Shown: positions 1 through 10,049, counted from the first letter of the stretch. The stretch is 57,144 nucleotides of DNA from an uncultured Cyanobium sp. (GCA_964455575.1 CAYVWU010000001.1:1-57144); one strand, 5' to 3'. Translations and numbers: made by a program. The notes: generated from the sequence alone by a model not told the origin.

Positions 1-148
1 CTCCGGGCAAGAGCACAGCCTCCACCCCGGCCAGGTCCCGCTCCTCATGCCAGAGAAAGCGGGTCGGTTGCTGGAGGCACCCCTCCAGGGCCCAGCGCAA
101 ATCCCGGTCACAGTTCGAGCCGGGAAACACCACGATGCCGATGGTCAT
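1..148 (-). CDS. purQ: Phosphoribosylformylglycinamidine synthase subunit PurQ (5' part, runs off window)
   Basis: Hand translation from ATG 148: [23 protein letters not shown]...VLLPG. Has the PurQ FPGSNCD motif and an ATGA overlap with the purS stop. Confidence 0.95.
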   Translation of the reverse strand, partial: MTIGIVVFPGSNCDRDLRWALEGCLQQPTRFLWHEERDLAGVEAVLLPG

Positions 149-411
149 GCCGACTCCGGGGCCTCCACCACATCAAGAGTCCAGTTTTCGATCACGGGGT
201 TGGCCAGCAGACGATCGCTGAGCAGCTCCAATTGGTGTTGGGCGCTGGTGCGATCGGGCGCTTCCAACTCCACCTCGATCGCCTTGCCGATCCGCACGCG
301 TTGGATTCCGGACACCCCGAGGCGCGCCGCGGCGGCGCGGGTGGCTTCCCCGGCGGGGTCCAGCACGGAAGGGCGCAGGGACACCTGGACCCGGGCACGA
401 AAAACAGGCAC
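145..411 (-). CDS. purS: Phosphoribosylformylglycinamidine synthase subunit PurS
   Basis: [10 protein letters not shown]...VRIGKAIE...[10 protein letters not shown] motifs; GTG start at 411; next to purQ. Confidence 0.95.
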   Translation of the reverse strand: MPVFRARVQVSLRPSVLDPAGEATRAAAARLGVSGIQRVRIGKAIEVELEAPDRTSAQHQLELLSDRLLANPVIENWTLDVVEAPESA

Positions 412-487
412 CAGCCGCACGGCAACTCCCCAATCTTGGCAGCCCGCCCGACCAACGGCGCGGACTGTCCTCGTCCTGCTCGGGCTG

Positions 488-790
488 ATGCTGGTGAGCG
501 TTTGGCCCCTCCTGTGCCCTCCCGGCGCGCCAGCCCAGGTGGAGGGCATCCCCCTGGACTGCCGGCTGGGGACGGGAAAGTGGCAGCCGTGCCGGATGGA
601 GGTGGTGGACACCGGCCGAGAGTGGACTTTGGTGGTCGGACGGCGCCGCTATGCGTTCCACCACGACGGCACGGGCCGGGTGCGCATGGGGGTGGAGGGC
701 AGCTGGCGCGAGGTGACACCCCGCTGGGAGAAGGATGGCAGCCTCTGCTGGAACGGGGTCTGCGTCCGGGGAGACATCCCCCTCGACTGA
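488..790 (+). CDS. Hypothetical secreted protein (Cys/Trp-rich, beta-rich)
   Basis: Signal-like N-terminus, CRLGTGKWQPCRM and a C-terminal LCWNGVCVRGDIPLD; start uncertain. Confidence 0.65.
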   Translation: MLVSVWPLLCPPGAPAQVEGIPLDCRLGTGKWQPCRMEVVDTGREWTLVVGRRRYAFHHDGTGRVRMGVEGSWREVTPRWEKDGSLCWNGVCVRGDIPLD

Positions 791-795
791 GGCCC

Positions 796-830
796 GTGGT
801 GGAGTGAACCAGCTCTTCGCTCACCGCCAC
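796..830. terminator. Stem-loop between convergent genes
   Basis: gtggtg-gagtgaa / ttcgctc-(ac)-cgccac can pair; no U-tract. Confidence 0.3.
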
Positions 831-914
831 TCAGCGCACCTGAAGGGGGTGGGGCGTGCAGGTCCTCTCCCTCGGAGATCCCCGCAGGGTATCCCTTGCC
901 AGAGGGTCGCGGTT

Positions 915-989
915 CCCCTGTCTGGATTCCCCCTATCGGGGTCCCCCTGTCTGGATTGCCCCTGTCGGGGTTACCCGGTCGGGGGTTCC
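915..989. repeat. Degenerate tandem repeat (about 14-15 bp unit; 28-bp dimer duplicated)
   Basis: cccctgtctggattccccctatcggggt (915-942) vs cccctgtctggattgcccctgtcggggt (944-971), 2 mismatches, followed by a further degenerate unit. Confidence 0.8.
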
Positions 990-2080
990 GTGGCGACGTC
1001 GGTCCAGAGGGAGGCGGTGGCCTCCCGCAGGGCGTCCAGCTGGGAGGCGGGCACCAGCGCCACCAATTCCAGGGCGGGGCAGACGGGATCCGCGCTGGCC
1101 GGCCCCTCGTACCAGGCGTCCAGACGAGGACCGACCGCCTGCAACTGCAGCGCCAGCTGCTTGCCGGGCTCGTGCAGCCGGCCCTTGAGCCGGAGGACCG
1201 GTTGACGCTGCAACAGCTCTCGCAGAGCGGTTTCGACGGCGTGGCGCCCGAGAGATCCCCACCGCCGCAGGACCAGGGATGCCATGGCGACGTGACCATG
1301 GTCGTGATCTTCATGGTCGTGGTCGTGGAACAGGGCGGCTTCAGCCCCTTCCCCCTCCGATTCCGTCCCCTGACGGACCGGATCCTGCCCGTCCCCCAAC
1401 AGGAGGGAGACGGGCAGCACCCCCCGTGCCATGGCGACCACAGGGGTGCCGGCGCGCACCTTGCCGCGCAACTCGGCCATCACCGCATCCAGAGCGGCGG
1501 AGTCGACCGCGTCGGCCCGGCTCACCGCCACCAGATCGGCCAGCTCCAGTTGCTCCTCGAACAGCTCCTCAAGGGAGGTGAGATGCTCCAGGCTTGGATC
1601 CGCCTGACGCTGCCGCTCCACGGCGGCTCCATCGCCGACCACATGGCCCGCGGCCAGGGCCTCTCCATCCACCACCGTCACCACCGCATGAACCCGCGTG
1701 CGGGTGCGCACCGCGGGCCACTGGAAGGCGGCCACCAAGGGCTCCGGCAAAGCCAGACCACTGGTTTCCACCACCAGACCATCCAGGGTGTCGGCGCGCT
1801 CCAGCAGCCGTTCCATGGTGGGAAGAAAATCCTCCTGCACCGTGCAGCAGAGGCAGCCGTTGGTGAGCTCCACCAGGCGATCCTCCCGTTCGTCCTCAGG
1901 ACAGAAGCCGCAATGGGAGAGAAGCTCGGCATCAATGCCGACATCGCCGAATTCATTGACGATCACGGCCAGCCTCTGGCCACTGTTCAGCAGGAGATGG
2001 CGGAGCAGCGTCGTCTTGCCCGCGCCCAAAAAGCCCGTCACCACCGTCACCGGCAGGCGGGCAGGGGGAGAGAGGGTCAT
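971..2080 (-). CDS. cobW: CobW/COG0523 family GTPase metallochaperone
   Basis: GFLGAGKTT P-loop, VNEFG, GCLCC metal motif, ETSGLA, His-rich HDHDHEDHDHGH linker and CobW C-domain. Confidence 0.93.
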   Translation of the reverse strand: MTLSPPARLPVTVVTGFLGAGKTTLLRHLLLNSGQRLAVIVNEFGDVGIDAELLSHCGFCPEDEREDRLVELTNGCLCCTVQEDFLPTMERLLERADTLDGLVVETSGLALPEPLVAAFQWPAVRTRTRVHAVVTVVDGEALAAGHVVGDGAAVERQRQADPSLEHLTSLEELFEEQLELADLVAVSRADAVDSAALDAVMAELRGKVRAGTPVVAMARGVLPVSLLLGDGQDPVRQGTESEGEGAEAALFHDHDHEDHDHGHVAMASLVLRRWGSLGRHAVETALRELLQRQPVLRLKGRLHEPGKQLALQLQAVGPRLDAWYEGPASADPVCPALELVALVPASQLDALREATASLWTDVATEPPTG

Positions 2081-2081
2081 C

Positions 2082-2711
2082 TCAGGGCACCAGAGCCGAC
2101 CAGGTCCAGGCCGCGCCAATCCCCACCAGGGCGGCACCGAGGAAGGCCCGACGCTGCGGGCTGAGGCCATCGGCCAAGGAACGCAGCAAGGTGAGCGCCA
2201 GCAGCAGAAGGGTGCCCTGGCTCAGCAGCAGACCGAGGGCATAAAAAACCTGGGGTCCCTGACTCCAGCCGATCACCGAGGCACTGAGCACGTAGCCGTG
2301 GAGGCCGATGGCCGGTAACAGGAGCGCTTTGGGCCACCGCTGAAACCAGATCAAGGCCACCAGCACCAGGGTGAGGGCCACAGCCGCCTCGGCCAGGGGC
2401 AGGCCGGGAAGGATCAACCCCGCGACGCTGCCCGCGAGGGCTGAAGCGAGCAGGGCCACCAGCCAGGGGGCCCGCTGACGGAGCCCGACAAGGGAGAGCG
2501 CGCAAAGGAACAGAAGATGATCCGGTCCGAGAATCGGATGGGCCAGACCGCTGAGGAAACCTGTGAAGGGAGAGGGTGCCATCCGCGTGAGATCCAGCAG
2601 ATGGTGGGCCCTGGCGGGAGCCGCGAGTGCCAGGCTCACCAGCACCGCGGCGAGCCCGGCGCTGAGGGGCCAACGCCAGGACCCGGGTCGCGGCGAGTGG
2701 GAATGATTCAT
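2082..2711 (-). CDS. hupE: HupE/UreJ family Co/Ni permease
   Basis: Signal peptide followed by HH, GFLSGLAHPILGPDHLL and LHGY motifs, several TM helices; lies downstream of a B12 riboswitch. Confidence 0.9.
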   Translation of the reverse strand: MNHSHSPRPGSWRWPLSAGLAAVLVSLALAAPARAHHLLDLTRMAPSPFTGFLSGLAHPILGPDHLLFLCALSLVGLRQRAPWLVALLASALAGSVAGLILPGLPLAEAAVALTLVLVALIWFQRWPKALLLPAIGLHGYVLSASVIGWSQGPQVFYALGLLLSQGTLLLLALTLLRSLADGLSPQRRAFLGAALVGIGAAWTWSALVP

Positions 2712-2749
2712 GGTTGGGAGCCGGTCCTCGCCGGGCTTGATGGGAAGGG

Positions 2750-2880
2750 CATCGGCGGGCGTTCTGACTGGGTCGCCGGGCGACCTTCACAGCTGCGGGA
2801 CAGTGCCGGTCTCCGGAGCGGACTCCGTACACCGATCTTTCCCCGTTTCCTCCATGGGCTGATCCCCCACGGAACCGATG
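2750..2880 (-). ncRNA. Cobalamin (B12) riboswitch
   Basis: Minus strand reads atcggttcc...gaaacggggaaagatcggtg...ccggcactgtcccgcagctgtga...agtcagaacgcccgccgat, matching conserved B12-element blocks and the B12-box; P1 atcgg/ccgat; leader of hupE-cobW. Confidence 0.92.
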
Positions 2881-2903
2881 AATCGCAATCTACTCAGGCC
2901 GGC

Positions 2904-3401
2904 TCAATCACACTCCAGACTGTCTCGTGTCGCGACGCCCGTCTCGGGGTGGATGCCCTCCGCCCGTCCACAGAGGGAGCGTCGCTGAGAGCGATCGAGC
3001 ACGGCGCCAGTGAAGTCGGCATTGGCAATGCGCGCGTCGGTGAAGCGGCTCTGCAGCAGCATCGCGTCGCGCAGCAGCGCTCCCCGCAGATCCGCACCAT
3101 CAAGCCGGCTGGCGAAGACAACGGCGTCCTGGAGATCCACCGCCTGAAGATCCGCGCCCTGAAGATTGCTGCCGTTGAACACGGCACCGCGCAGATCCGC
3201 CCCGTGCAGATCCACTCCCGCAAGGTCGGATTTGAGAAATTCTTGCTGGCGCAGATTGCGCCCGTGCATGTCCGGCTCGATCTGCTGCAGGGCTCTCTGT
3301 CCGCGCAATTCCGGCGCGGTGATCGCCAGCGCTTCCCGGGGCCCGCCCAGCACCGCAACACTGAAAACCGCGAGCAGAAGACCCAAGGGGACAACCCGCA
3401 C
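2904..3401 (-). CDS. Pentapeptide repeat protein (exported/lumenal)
   Basis: Signal peptide, A(D/N)LxG repeats, C-terminal LC...TRDSLEC; start uncertain. Confidence 0.9.
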   Translation of the reverse strand: MRVVPLGLLLAVFSVAVLGGPREALAITAPELRGQRALQQIEPDMHGRNLRQQEFLKSDLAGVDLHGADLRGAVFNGSNLQGADLQAVDLQDAVVFASRLDGADLRGALLRDAMLLQSRFTDARIANADFTGAVLDRSQRRSLCGRAEGIHPETGVATRDSLECD

Positions 3402-3599
3402 CCAACCGGAACAAAGCGGCCGGGACAGCGGGAGCCAAAGGCGGGAGACCACGGTGGCCACGACGCCAGACCACGGCCGACACCCCGCCTGGCTGCCTCG
3501 GACATGTCCCGGCGATGGGGTCCCGATGGTTGTGCCCCCCATGGCGGCCTCGATGGTCATGGCTCCAGCCTTACGCTTCGGTCTCAAGCTATGGCAGCC

Positions 3600-4271
3600 A
3601 TGGCCATGTCGTTGCGGGTGGTGGTCCCTCCCCACCCCCTGATCGCCCACTGGCTCACCCTCCTCCGGGACAGCTCCACGCCCTCTCCCCTGTTCGCCAC
3701 CGCCATGGGGGAGCTGGGTCGCTGGCTCACCTACGAAGCCCTCCGCGACTGGCTCCCTCACCGGAGCGTGACGATCCAGACCCCGGGAGGTCCCTGTGAG
3801 GGAGCCATCGTCGACCCCTCCATCCCGCTGGTGGCTGTTCCCGTGCTGCGCGGCGGCCTGGGGCTCTGGGAGGGAGCGCGTGCGGTGGTGCCGTCGGCCC
3901 GCATCTGCCATGTGGGAATCGATGCCCCGCCCCAGGGAGAGGCCCGCTGGTATCTCGATGATCTGCCCGCAACGATCGGGGACCGCGTCGGCGTTCTCGC
4001 CTGGCTGCCCCAACTGGCCACCGGACGCACCCTTCTGGCCCTTCTGGAACGCCTGGCCGCGGCGGGGGTGCAGGGCCCGCGCCTGCGGGTGATCACCACC
4101 GTGGCGGCGGCTCCAGGGCTGAAAGTGGTGGGTGAGGCCTTCCCCGAGCTCACGCTCTACGCGGCGTGCATCGATCCCGACCTGAGCGCGGAGGGGCAGA
4201 TCCTGCCTGGTTTCGGCGATCCAGCCGCCCGTCTTTACGGACACACGTCCACGGAGGCGGAAGCCACCTGA
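3600..4271 (+). CDS. upp: Uracil phosphoribosyltransferase
   Basis: PHPLIAHWLTLLRD, VPVLRGGL, LATG and ILPGFGD motifs. Confidence 0.9.
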   Translation: MAMSLRVVVPPHPLIAHWLTLLRDSSTPSPLFATAMGELGRWLTYEALRDWLPHRSVTIQTPGGPCEGAIVDPSIPLVAVPVLRGGLGLWEGARAVVPSARICHVGIDAPPQGEARWYLDDLPATIGDRVGVLAWLPQLATGRTLLALLERLAAAGVQGPRLRVITTVAAAPGLKVVGEAFPELTLYAACIDPDLSAEGQILPGFGDPAARLYGHTSTEAEAT

Positions 4272-4311
4272 GCCCTTTAAGGTGAGACATCGGGCTTCGG
4301 TGCCGTCCTCC

Positions 4312-4575
4312 ATGGCAGATCCTCACCGCCAGGCTTCCGCTTCCTCGGGAGGGGGGGTGTTGACGGCGGCCGCACTGGGGGCTCTGGCCGGGGCAGGGGG
4401 ATTCGCCTGGTGGCTCTGGCGCCATAGCCGTCTTCGTTCCCAGACCGCCGCGCCCAAGGTTCTTGCCGATGTTCCCCCTTCCGACAGCAAGGCTCTGCCG
4501 GATCGAGTGCATCAACTCAACCAGGCCATTGAGGAGGTGCGCCGCCAATTGGAATCTCTCCAATCGCAGCCCTGA
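4312..4575 (+). CDS. Small membrane-anchored coiled-coil hypothetical protein
   Basis: One TM (AALGALAGAGGFAWWLW) and C-terminal RVHQLNQAIEEVRRQLE. Confidence 0.7.
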   Translation: MADPHRQASASSGGGVLTAAALGALAGAGGFAWWLWRHSRLRSQTAAPKVLADVPPSDSKALPDRVHQLNQAIEEVRRQLESLQSQP

Positions 4576-4958
4576 GAGGCCCCAAGGAACAAACCAGCTT
4601 GGCCCTGCCAGAGCCCGCAACCAACACTCTGACCAGGCTGAAACCGCCAAAGCTTCTGGTCCCTCCTCGGAGTCAATTCCTTCTGTCAAGCGTCTCTTCA
4701 AGACCTGCGTGCAAACGGTCCATGGCAGATCTGTCCTCAAGGTCTGTCGGCCAGATCCATTGACTACACAGAGCCGACTTCACACCATCTATTTCACGCC
4801 ACTTACTTCAAAACGTGCCTTCGAGATTGTTGTTGAGGGAATCTCTTCACAACTAGTCTAGAAGCCGTTGCCAATCGAAATCTTTTGGTAGCCCCCCCTG
4901 CAAGCGACCCAAACCCTTCGTCCTCCTCGGTAGGGTCGAAGGGTCTGAGCAGACCGCC

Positions 4959-6635
4959 ATGTTGCGTTCCGACGCCATCACCAAGGGGATACAACGCTCT
5001 CCCAATCGGGCCATGTTGCGGGCCGTGGGCTTTGGAGATGAGGATTTCGGCAAGCCGATCATCGGCATTGCCAATGGCTACAGCACCATCACTCCCTGCA
5101 ACATCGGACTGAACGATCTGGCGCGACGGGCCGAGGAGGCCACCCGCGGCGCCGGGGGCATGCCGCAATTGTTCGGGACGATCACCGTCAGCGATGGGAT
5201 TTCCATGGGAACAGAAGGGATGAAGTATTCCCTCGTCTCACGCGAAGTGATCGCCGATTCGATTGAAACCGCCTGCAATGCGCAAAGCATGGATGGCGTG
5301 TTGGCGATTGGTGGTTGCGATAAAAACATGCCCGGGGCCATGCTGGCCATTGCACGCATGAACATCCCTGCCATCTTTGTTTATGGGGGGACGATCAAAC
5401 CAGGAAAACTTGATGGACATGATCTGACCGTCGTCAGTTCTTTTGAGGCTGTCGGTCAAATCACCGCCAGCAAAATCAATGAAGCCGAGTTGCTCGCCAT
5501 TGAAAAGAATGCCTGCCCGGGTGCGGGAAGCTGCGGCGGCATGTTCACCGCCAACACCATGAGCTCCGTGATCGAGGCCATGGGCTTGAGCCTGCCTGGA
5601 AGCTCGACGATGGCAGCAGAAGATCCCGAAAAAGCGGACAGTGCCGCCCGCTCAGCGGAGGTGCTCGTTCAGGCGGTCAAGGCCAACATTCGCCCCAGTG
5701 ATCTGCTCACCCGCGAAGCGTTTGAGAATGCCATCAGCGTCATCATGGCGGTGGGCGGCTCCACCAACGCGGTGTTGCATCTCCTCGCCATCGCTCGCAC
5801 GGCCGGGGTGCCTCTGACCATCGATGATTTTGAGATCATCCGCCAACGCGTTCCCGTCTTCTGTGATTTGAAGCCCAGTGGACGCTTCGTCACCGTTGAT
5901 CTGCATCGGGCGGGAGGCATTCCTCAGGTGATGAAACTCCTGCTCGATGCCGGCTTGCTCCATGGCGATTGCCGCACGATCGAGGGACGCACCCTGCGGG
6001 AGGTTCTGGCCTCCGTTCCCTCCGTCCCCCCCGCGGGTCAAGACGTGATCCGTCCCCTCAGCCAGCCCCTGTATGCCAAAGGTCACCTGGCCATCCTCAA
6101 GGGCAACCTGGCCCAGGAGGGGGCGGTGGCCAAGATCAGCGGGGTCAAGAAGCCTGTTCTCACGGGCCCGGCCCGGGTGTTTGAGAGCGAAGAGAGCTGT
6201 CTCGAAGCGATTCTGGCCGGTCGGATCCAGGCGAATGACGTGGTGGTGATCCGCAACGAAGGACCCGTGGGCGGGCCGGGGATGCGAGAGATGTTGGCGC
6301 CCACGTCCGCGATCGTCGGGCAGGGGTTGGGGGAATCGGTGGCGCTGATCACCGATGGACGCTTCTCCGGGGGCACCTACGGCCTGGTGGTGGGCCACGT
6401 GGCGCCGGAAGCCGCCGTCGGCGGCACCATCGCCCTTGTGCAGGACGGTGACAGCATCACGGTGGACGCGGAGCGGCTCCTGCTCCAGTTGAACGTGGAG
6501 GAGGAGGAGCTGGCCCGACGCCGCGCCGTCTGGACCCCGCCCGCGCCGCGCTACCGAACGGGCGTGCTGGGCAAGTTCGCCCGTCTGGTCAGCTCCAGCA
6601 GTCAGGGGGCGGTCACCGACCAGCCCAAGTCCTGA
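4959..6635 (+). CDS. ilvD: Dihydroxy-acid dehydratase
   Basis: [26 protein letters not shown] and TDGRFSG motifs; 558 aa. Confidence 0.98.
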   Translation: MLRSDAITKGIQRSPNRAMLRAVGFGDEDFGKPIIGIANGYSTITPCNIGLNDLARRAEEATRGAGGMPQLFGTITVSDGISMGTEGMKYSLVSREVIADSIETACNAQSMDGVLAIGGCDKNMPGAMLAIARMNIPAIFVYGGTIKPGKLDGHDLTVVSSFEAVGQITASKINEAELLAIEKNACPGAGSCGGMFTANTMSSVIEAMGLSLPGSSTMAAEDPEKADSAARSAEVLVQAVKANIRPSDLLTREAFENAISVIMAVGGSTNAVLHLLAIARTAGVPLTIDDFEIIRQRVPVFCDLKPSGRFVTVDLHRAGGIPQVMKLLLDAGLLHGDCRTIEGRTLREVLASVPSVPPAGQDVIRPLSQPLYAKGHLAILKGNLAQEGAVAKISGVKKPVLTGPARVFESEESCLEAILAGRIQANDVVVIRNEGPVGGPGMREMLAPTSAIVGQGLGESVALITDGRFSGGTYGLVVGHVAPEAAVGGTIALVQDGDSITVDAERLLLQLNVEEEELARRRAVWTPPAPRYRTGVLGKFARLVSSSSQGAVTDQPKS

Positions 6636-6698
6636 GCGGCGATGGCGCCACCGCGCGACCTGCGGGCCACCTGTTCTCAGATCGGTCTCAGAACCATC

Positions 6699-7076
6699 TC
6701 AGAACGGAGCCAGCAGGGCCCGCAGGCGCCGCGCCAGAGCTTCCAGCGGGGTCCCGTCCTGCGGACACGGGCAGCGCTCCCCCGAGACCGTCATCCACAG
6801 GGGATGGCTGCCATGCCACAGCATGGGCCGCTGGTCGTCCTCGCGCCAGGCCAGGGTGAGATGGAGGTCTTCACCGCTGCGGAAGATCTCCAACTCCAAA
6901 TCCTGATCCAGCAGGCGCTCCCCCTCGGCGGAGCGCGCTTCCAGCCTCAAGGTGCAGTCGTCCTCGTCGGCGCATGAAACAAGCACGACGCCATGTCGCA
7001 AGGGTTTGCGGCAGAGGTCGGCGGCGGCAGCCACCAGACGGCTCAGGTCGGTGTTGCAGGCTTCAGGCCAAGGCAT
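6699..7076 (-). CDS. Hypothetical protein
   Basis: AAADLCRKPLRH...LELEIFRSG...LWHGSHPLWM...LEALARRLR; globular composition, co-oriented with the CIA30 gene; start uncertain. Confidence 0.7.
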   Translation of the reverse strand: MPWPEACNTDLSRLVAAAADLCRKPLRHGVVLVSCADEDDCTLRLEARSAEGERLLDQDLELEIFRSGEDLHLTLAWREDDQRPMLWHGSHPLWMTVSGERCPCPQDGTPLEALARRLRALLAPF

Positions 7077-7659
7077 GGATCCCATGGAGTTCCAGATGGA
7101 TCGGCCCCGCCCGAAAACCGGGATTGGGGCCCCCGTCATCACTGAAGCGGGAGTGGAGGACTTGCAGCCGGGTGATCCGGCTGGTGTCCAAGCGCAGAGG
7201 CAAGCCCAGCGGAAGGCGATCCAGGGGTTGGGCCCGCAAGGAAGGGATGAGTTCAGCGAAAGGGATGGGCACCCGGCTCACCCCATCCGCCTCCGTGCTG
7301 AATTCCTTCACCCAGCGCAAGCCTCCGGGGATCCACTCCGTGAGCCCCGCCACGCCATCGGCACAGGCGACAGCGAGCTTGAAGCGGCGGCCCTCTCCCC
7401 GCAGAACGAGCTCCAGACCGCGAGCGGCGGAGAGATCCAGCGGGGGGGAAAACAGGGGGGAGCGCATCGAAATGAAGCCGCCCCCCTCCGCCACGACAAC
7501 CCCGTCAAAGCGGAGGCCCTCCGGGCCCACGGAACACTGACCACTGCTGCGTCCTCCCATCACGGTGTCGTTCAAGGCTTGCCAGCCCGCGAACCCCTCT
7601 CCCTCCAGCAGAACGGCGCTGGAACGAGAAGGGGACGAGGGAGTGGAGGAACCGTCCAT
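7063..7659 (-). CDS. CIA30 (complex I intermediate-associated protein 30) family protein
   Basis: WQALNDTVMGGRSSG, GGGFISMR and RGEGRRFKL motifs. Confidence 0.88.
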   Translation of the reverse strand: MDGSSTPSSPSRSSAVLLEGEGFAGWQALNDTVMGGRSSGQCSVGPEGLRFDGVVVAEGGGFISMRSPLFSPPLDLSAARGLELVLRGEGRRFKLAVACADGVAGLTEWIPGGLRWVKEFSTEADGVSRVPIPFAELIPSLRAQPLDRLPLGLPLRLDTSRITRLQVLHSRFSDDGGPNPGFRAGPIHLELHGIHALA

Positions 7660-7782
7660 GGGAGAGGTTGCCCCGGAAGGGGACGCGGTGCTGCGTCTCA
7701 GTCTGACGGGAGAACGCCGGCCTGGTGAAGCCAGGCCGACCTGGCCTCACCGAGCCCATCTGGTCGAGGGGCGAGCGACGGG

Positions 7783-8511
7783 TCAGGCGTCGACATGCTC
7801 GGGGAGGCCAGCCGCCGCCTCGGCATCCGCAAGGATCAAGACCTCGCTCTGGGGTCGCACCAGGCGCGCGGGCGTGCGCTCCCAAGACTCCTGCGCGTCG
7901 AGCAAGCGGCCGAGGGCCTGCCGCTTGCCGGCACCGCTGACGAGAAACATCACCTTGCGGGCCGCGCAAAGCACCGGCGCGGTGAGCGTGATGCGTGGCA
8001 AGCCTTTGCCTTCCCCCGTGGTGACCCAACGATCCCGCACCAGCGGCGCGGAGGTTCCCGGAAAGAGGGAGGCCGTGTGCCCATCCTCTCCCAGGCCAAG
8101 CAACACCAGGTCGAGCGTGGGCGGTTCTCCGCCGCAGAGCTGAACCAGCAAGGAGCTGTAACGCTCGGCGCCAAGCTCAGGGCTGGCCAGCTCTGTTGGT
8201 ACCGGATGGAAGCAGGCCTGTGCACCGGGACCGCGGGCGAGAAGGGATTCCCGCAGAAGACGCGCATTGCTGGAAGGATCCTCGGCACCCACCCAGCGCT
8301 CGTCTCCCAGAAACACATCGACCCGCTCCCAGGGCAGGTGCTCCTCCGCCAGATGGGCATAAGCCTCCCGGGGGGTGGTGCCCCCCGCCAGAGCCAGCTG
8401 GGCGCGGTCGCGTTCAGCGAGCGCCAGATCCAGGCTGAGAGCCACCTCTTCGGCGGCATGGCGGGCCAGGGCTTCCGCCCCTGATGCGACGATCAAGCGG
8501 TACTGCGTCAT
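7783..8511 (-). CDS. pgl: 6-phosphogluconolactonase
   Basis: LAGGTTP, GDERWV, LGLGEDGHTASLFP and RITLT motifs; ATGA overlap with gnd. Confidence 0.95.
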   Translation of the reverse strand: MTQYRLIVASGAEALARHAAEEVALSLDLALAERDRAQLALAGGTTPREAYAHLAEEHLPWERVDVFLGDERWVGAEDPSSNARLLRESLLARGPGAQACFHPVPTELASPELGAERYSSLLVQLCGGEPPTLDLVLLGLGEDGHTASLFPGTSAPLVRDRWVTTGEGKGLPRITLTAPVLCAARKVMFLVSGAGKRQALGRLLDAQESWERTPARLVRPQSEVLILADAEAAAGLPEHVDA

Positions 8512-9926
8512 GACAACCACTCGGTGTGGAAGGTCCCAGAGCGATCCGTGCGCTCGTAGGTGTGGGACCCGAAGCAGTCGCGCATCGCTTGAACCAGATT
8601 CTGAGGCAGGCGACCCGTGCGGTAGCTGTCGATGTAATCGAGCGTGCTGCTCAGGCAGGGGAGGGGAATGCCAGCGAGTGCTCCACCGGCCACAACCTGG
8701 CGAAGCCCCGGCAGGCGACGGTTGACCTGCTCGGCGAACCAGGGGTCGAGCAACAGATTGGGCAGGGCGGGATTGGCGGAATAGGCGTTCTGGATCCGCT
8801 GCAGAAGCCGGGCGCGAATGATGCAGCCACCTTTCCAGATCTGACCGATGGCACTGAGATCAAGGTTGTAGTCATGCAAGGCGGATGCTTCCCGCAGCAG
8901 GGCCATGCCTTGGGCGTAGCTGGCCATGCAGGCCAGGATGCAGGCGTCCTGGAGCAGGGGCAGTCCCTCGGCGGGGTCGCCGAGAGGGAAGGGCGCTGGC
9001 GGAGGAGGGGGCAGGAGGGCCTCCGCGGCCAGCCTCTCACTGCGCAATGAGCTCAGCACCCGCGCATTCAGGGCGGCGTAGATCGTTGGCACGGGTACGC
9101 CCATCTCCAGTGCGCTGATCACCGTCCAAAGTCCCGTGCCCTTCTGTCCGGCCGCATCCACGATGACCTCCACCAAATCGCCCCCCGTCTCGGGGTCCTT
9201 CGTGCGCAGACAGACCTCGGTGATCTCCACGAGGAAGGAGGCCAATTCCTCGGTCTGGTTCCAGGCAGCCAATACGTCGGCCATGCCATCCCCGTTCATC
9301 CCCGCCTGACGTTTCATCAGGTCGTACGCCTCGGCGAGGATCTGTTCAATTCCGTATTCAATGCCGTTATGAACGGTTTTGACGAAATGACCGGCGCCCC
9401 CAGGGCCGATGTAGGTCACACAGGGACCGTCGTCAACCTGAGCAGCCATCTTGCGAACCATGCTCTCGATGGCCTTGTAGGCACTGAGCGTTCCACCGGG
9501 CATCATGCTTGGCCCTTCCAGAGCCCCCTTGGCCCCTCCGGACACGCCCATGCCGATGAACCCGAAGCTGCGGCTTTCCAGCTCCTTCACACGGCGTTCG
9601 GTATCGGTGTAAAGAGAATTTCCACCGTCGATGAGCAGGTCCCCGTCCTCCAGGAGGGGAGCCAGAGTTTGGATCATGTCGTCCACCGGCTGACCAGCCT
9701 TGACCATCAGCAGGATGCGTCGGGGCCTCTCCAGCAAGCTCACCAACTCCTCAAGGGTGCGTGCGCCCACGATGTCTTTCCCCGCACCGCGTCCAGCGAG
9801 GAATTCCTCCGTTTTCGCATAGGTGCGGTTGAAGACAGCACTGGAAAAACCGTTGCGCTCGGCATTGAGCACCAGGTTTTCACCCATCACGCCGAGACCA
9901 ACGAGACCAAAATGGGCCTTGCTCAT
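8508..9926 (-). CDS. gnd: 6-phosphogluconate dehydrogenase (decarboxylating)
   Basis: GLGVMG, IDGGNS, VHNGIEYG, GQKGTG and RDCFGSHTYER motifs. Confidence 0.98.
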   Translation of the reverse strand: MSKAHFGLVGLGVMGENLVLNAERNGFSSAVFNRTYAKTEEFLAGRGAGKDIVGARTLEELVSLLERPRRILLMVKAGQPVDDMIQTLAPLLEDGDLLIDGGNSLYTDTERRVKELESRSFGFIGMGVSGGAKGALEGPSMMPGGTLSAYKAIESMVRKMAAQVDDGPCVTYIGPGGAGHFVKTVHNGIEYGIEQILAEAYDLMKRQAGMNGDGMADVLAAWNQTEELASFLVEITEVCLRTKDPETGGDLVEVIVDAAGQKGTGLWTVISALEMGVPVPTIYAALNARVLSSLRSERLAAEALLPPPPPAPFPLGDPAEGLPLLQDACILACMASYAQGMALLREASALHDYNLDLSAIGQIWKGGCIIRARLLQRIQNAYSANPALPNLLLDPWFAEQVNRRLPGLRQVVAGGALAGIPLPCLSSTLDYIDSYRTGRLPQNLVQAMRDCFGSHTYERTDRSGTFHTEWLS

Positions 9927-10049
9927 AAAACGATCGGGGTTTGGGATTCCCACCAGTCTGGCCAGTCGCCCTGCCCCAGGTCAGCCTGTGGAGCGTCTCA
10001 TGTCAGGGAGTGAACGTCTGGAGTGAAGCGCAAGGAGAGGAATGCTGAC

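Noticed and set aside
831-914. Possible glycine riboswitch or ncRNA (minus-strand ccgagggagagg...cttcagg)
   Set aside because: Only fragmentary similarity, and it lies between convergent 3' ends rather than in a leader.
915-989. CRISPR array
   Set aside because: Units are contiguous with no unique spacers, and there are no cas genes.
2517-4313. Long N-terminal extensions of upp (584 aa), the pentapeptide protein (469 aa) and cysK (513 aa)
   Set aside because: The extensions overlap divergent genes or the riboswitch; family motifs begin at downstream starts.
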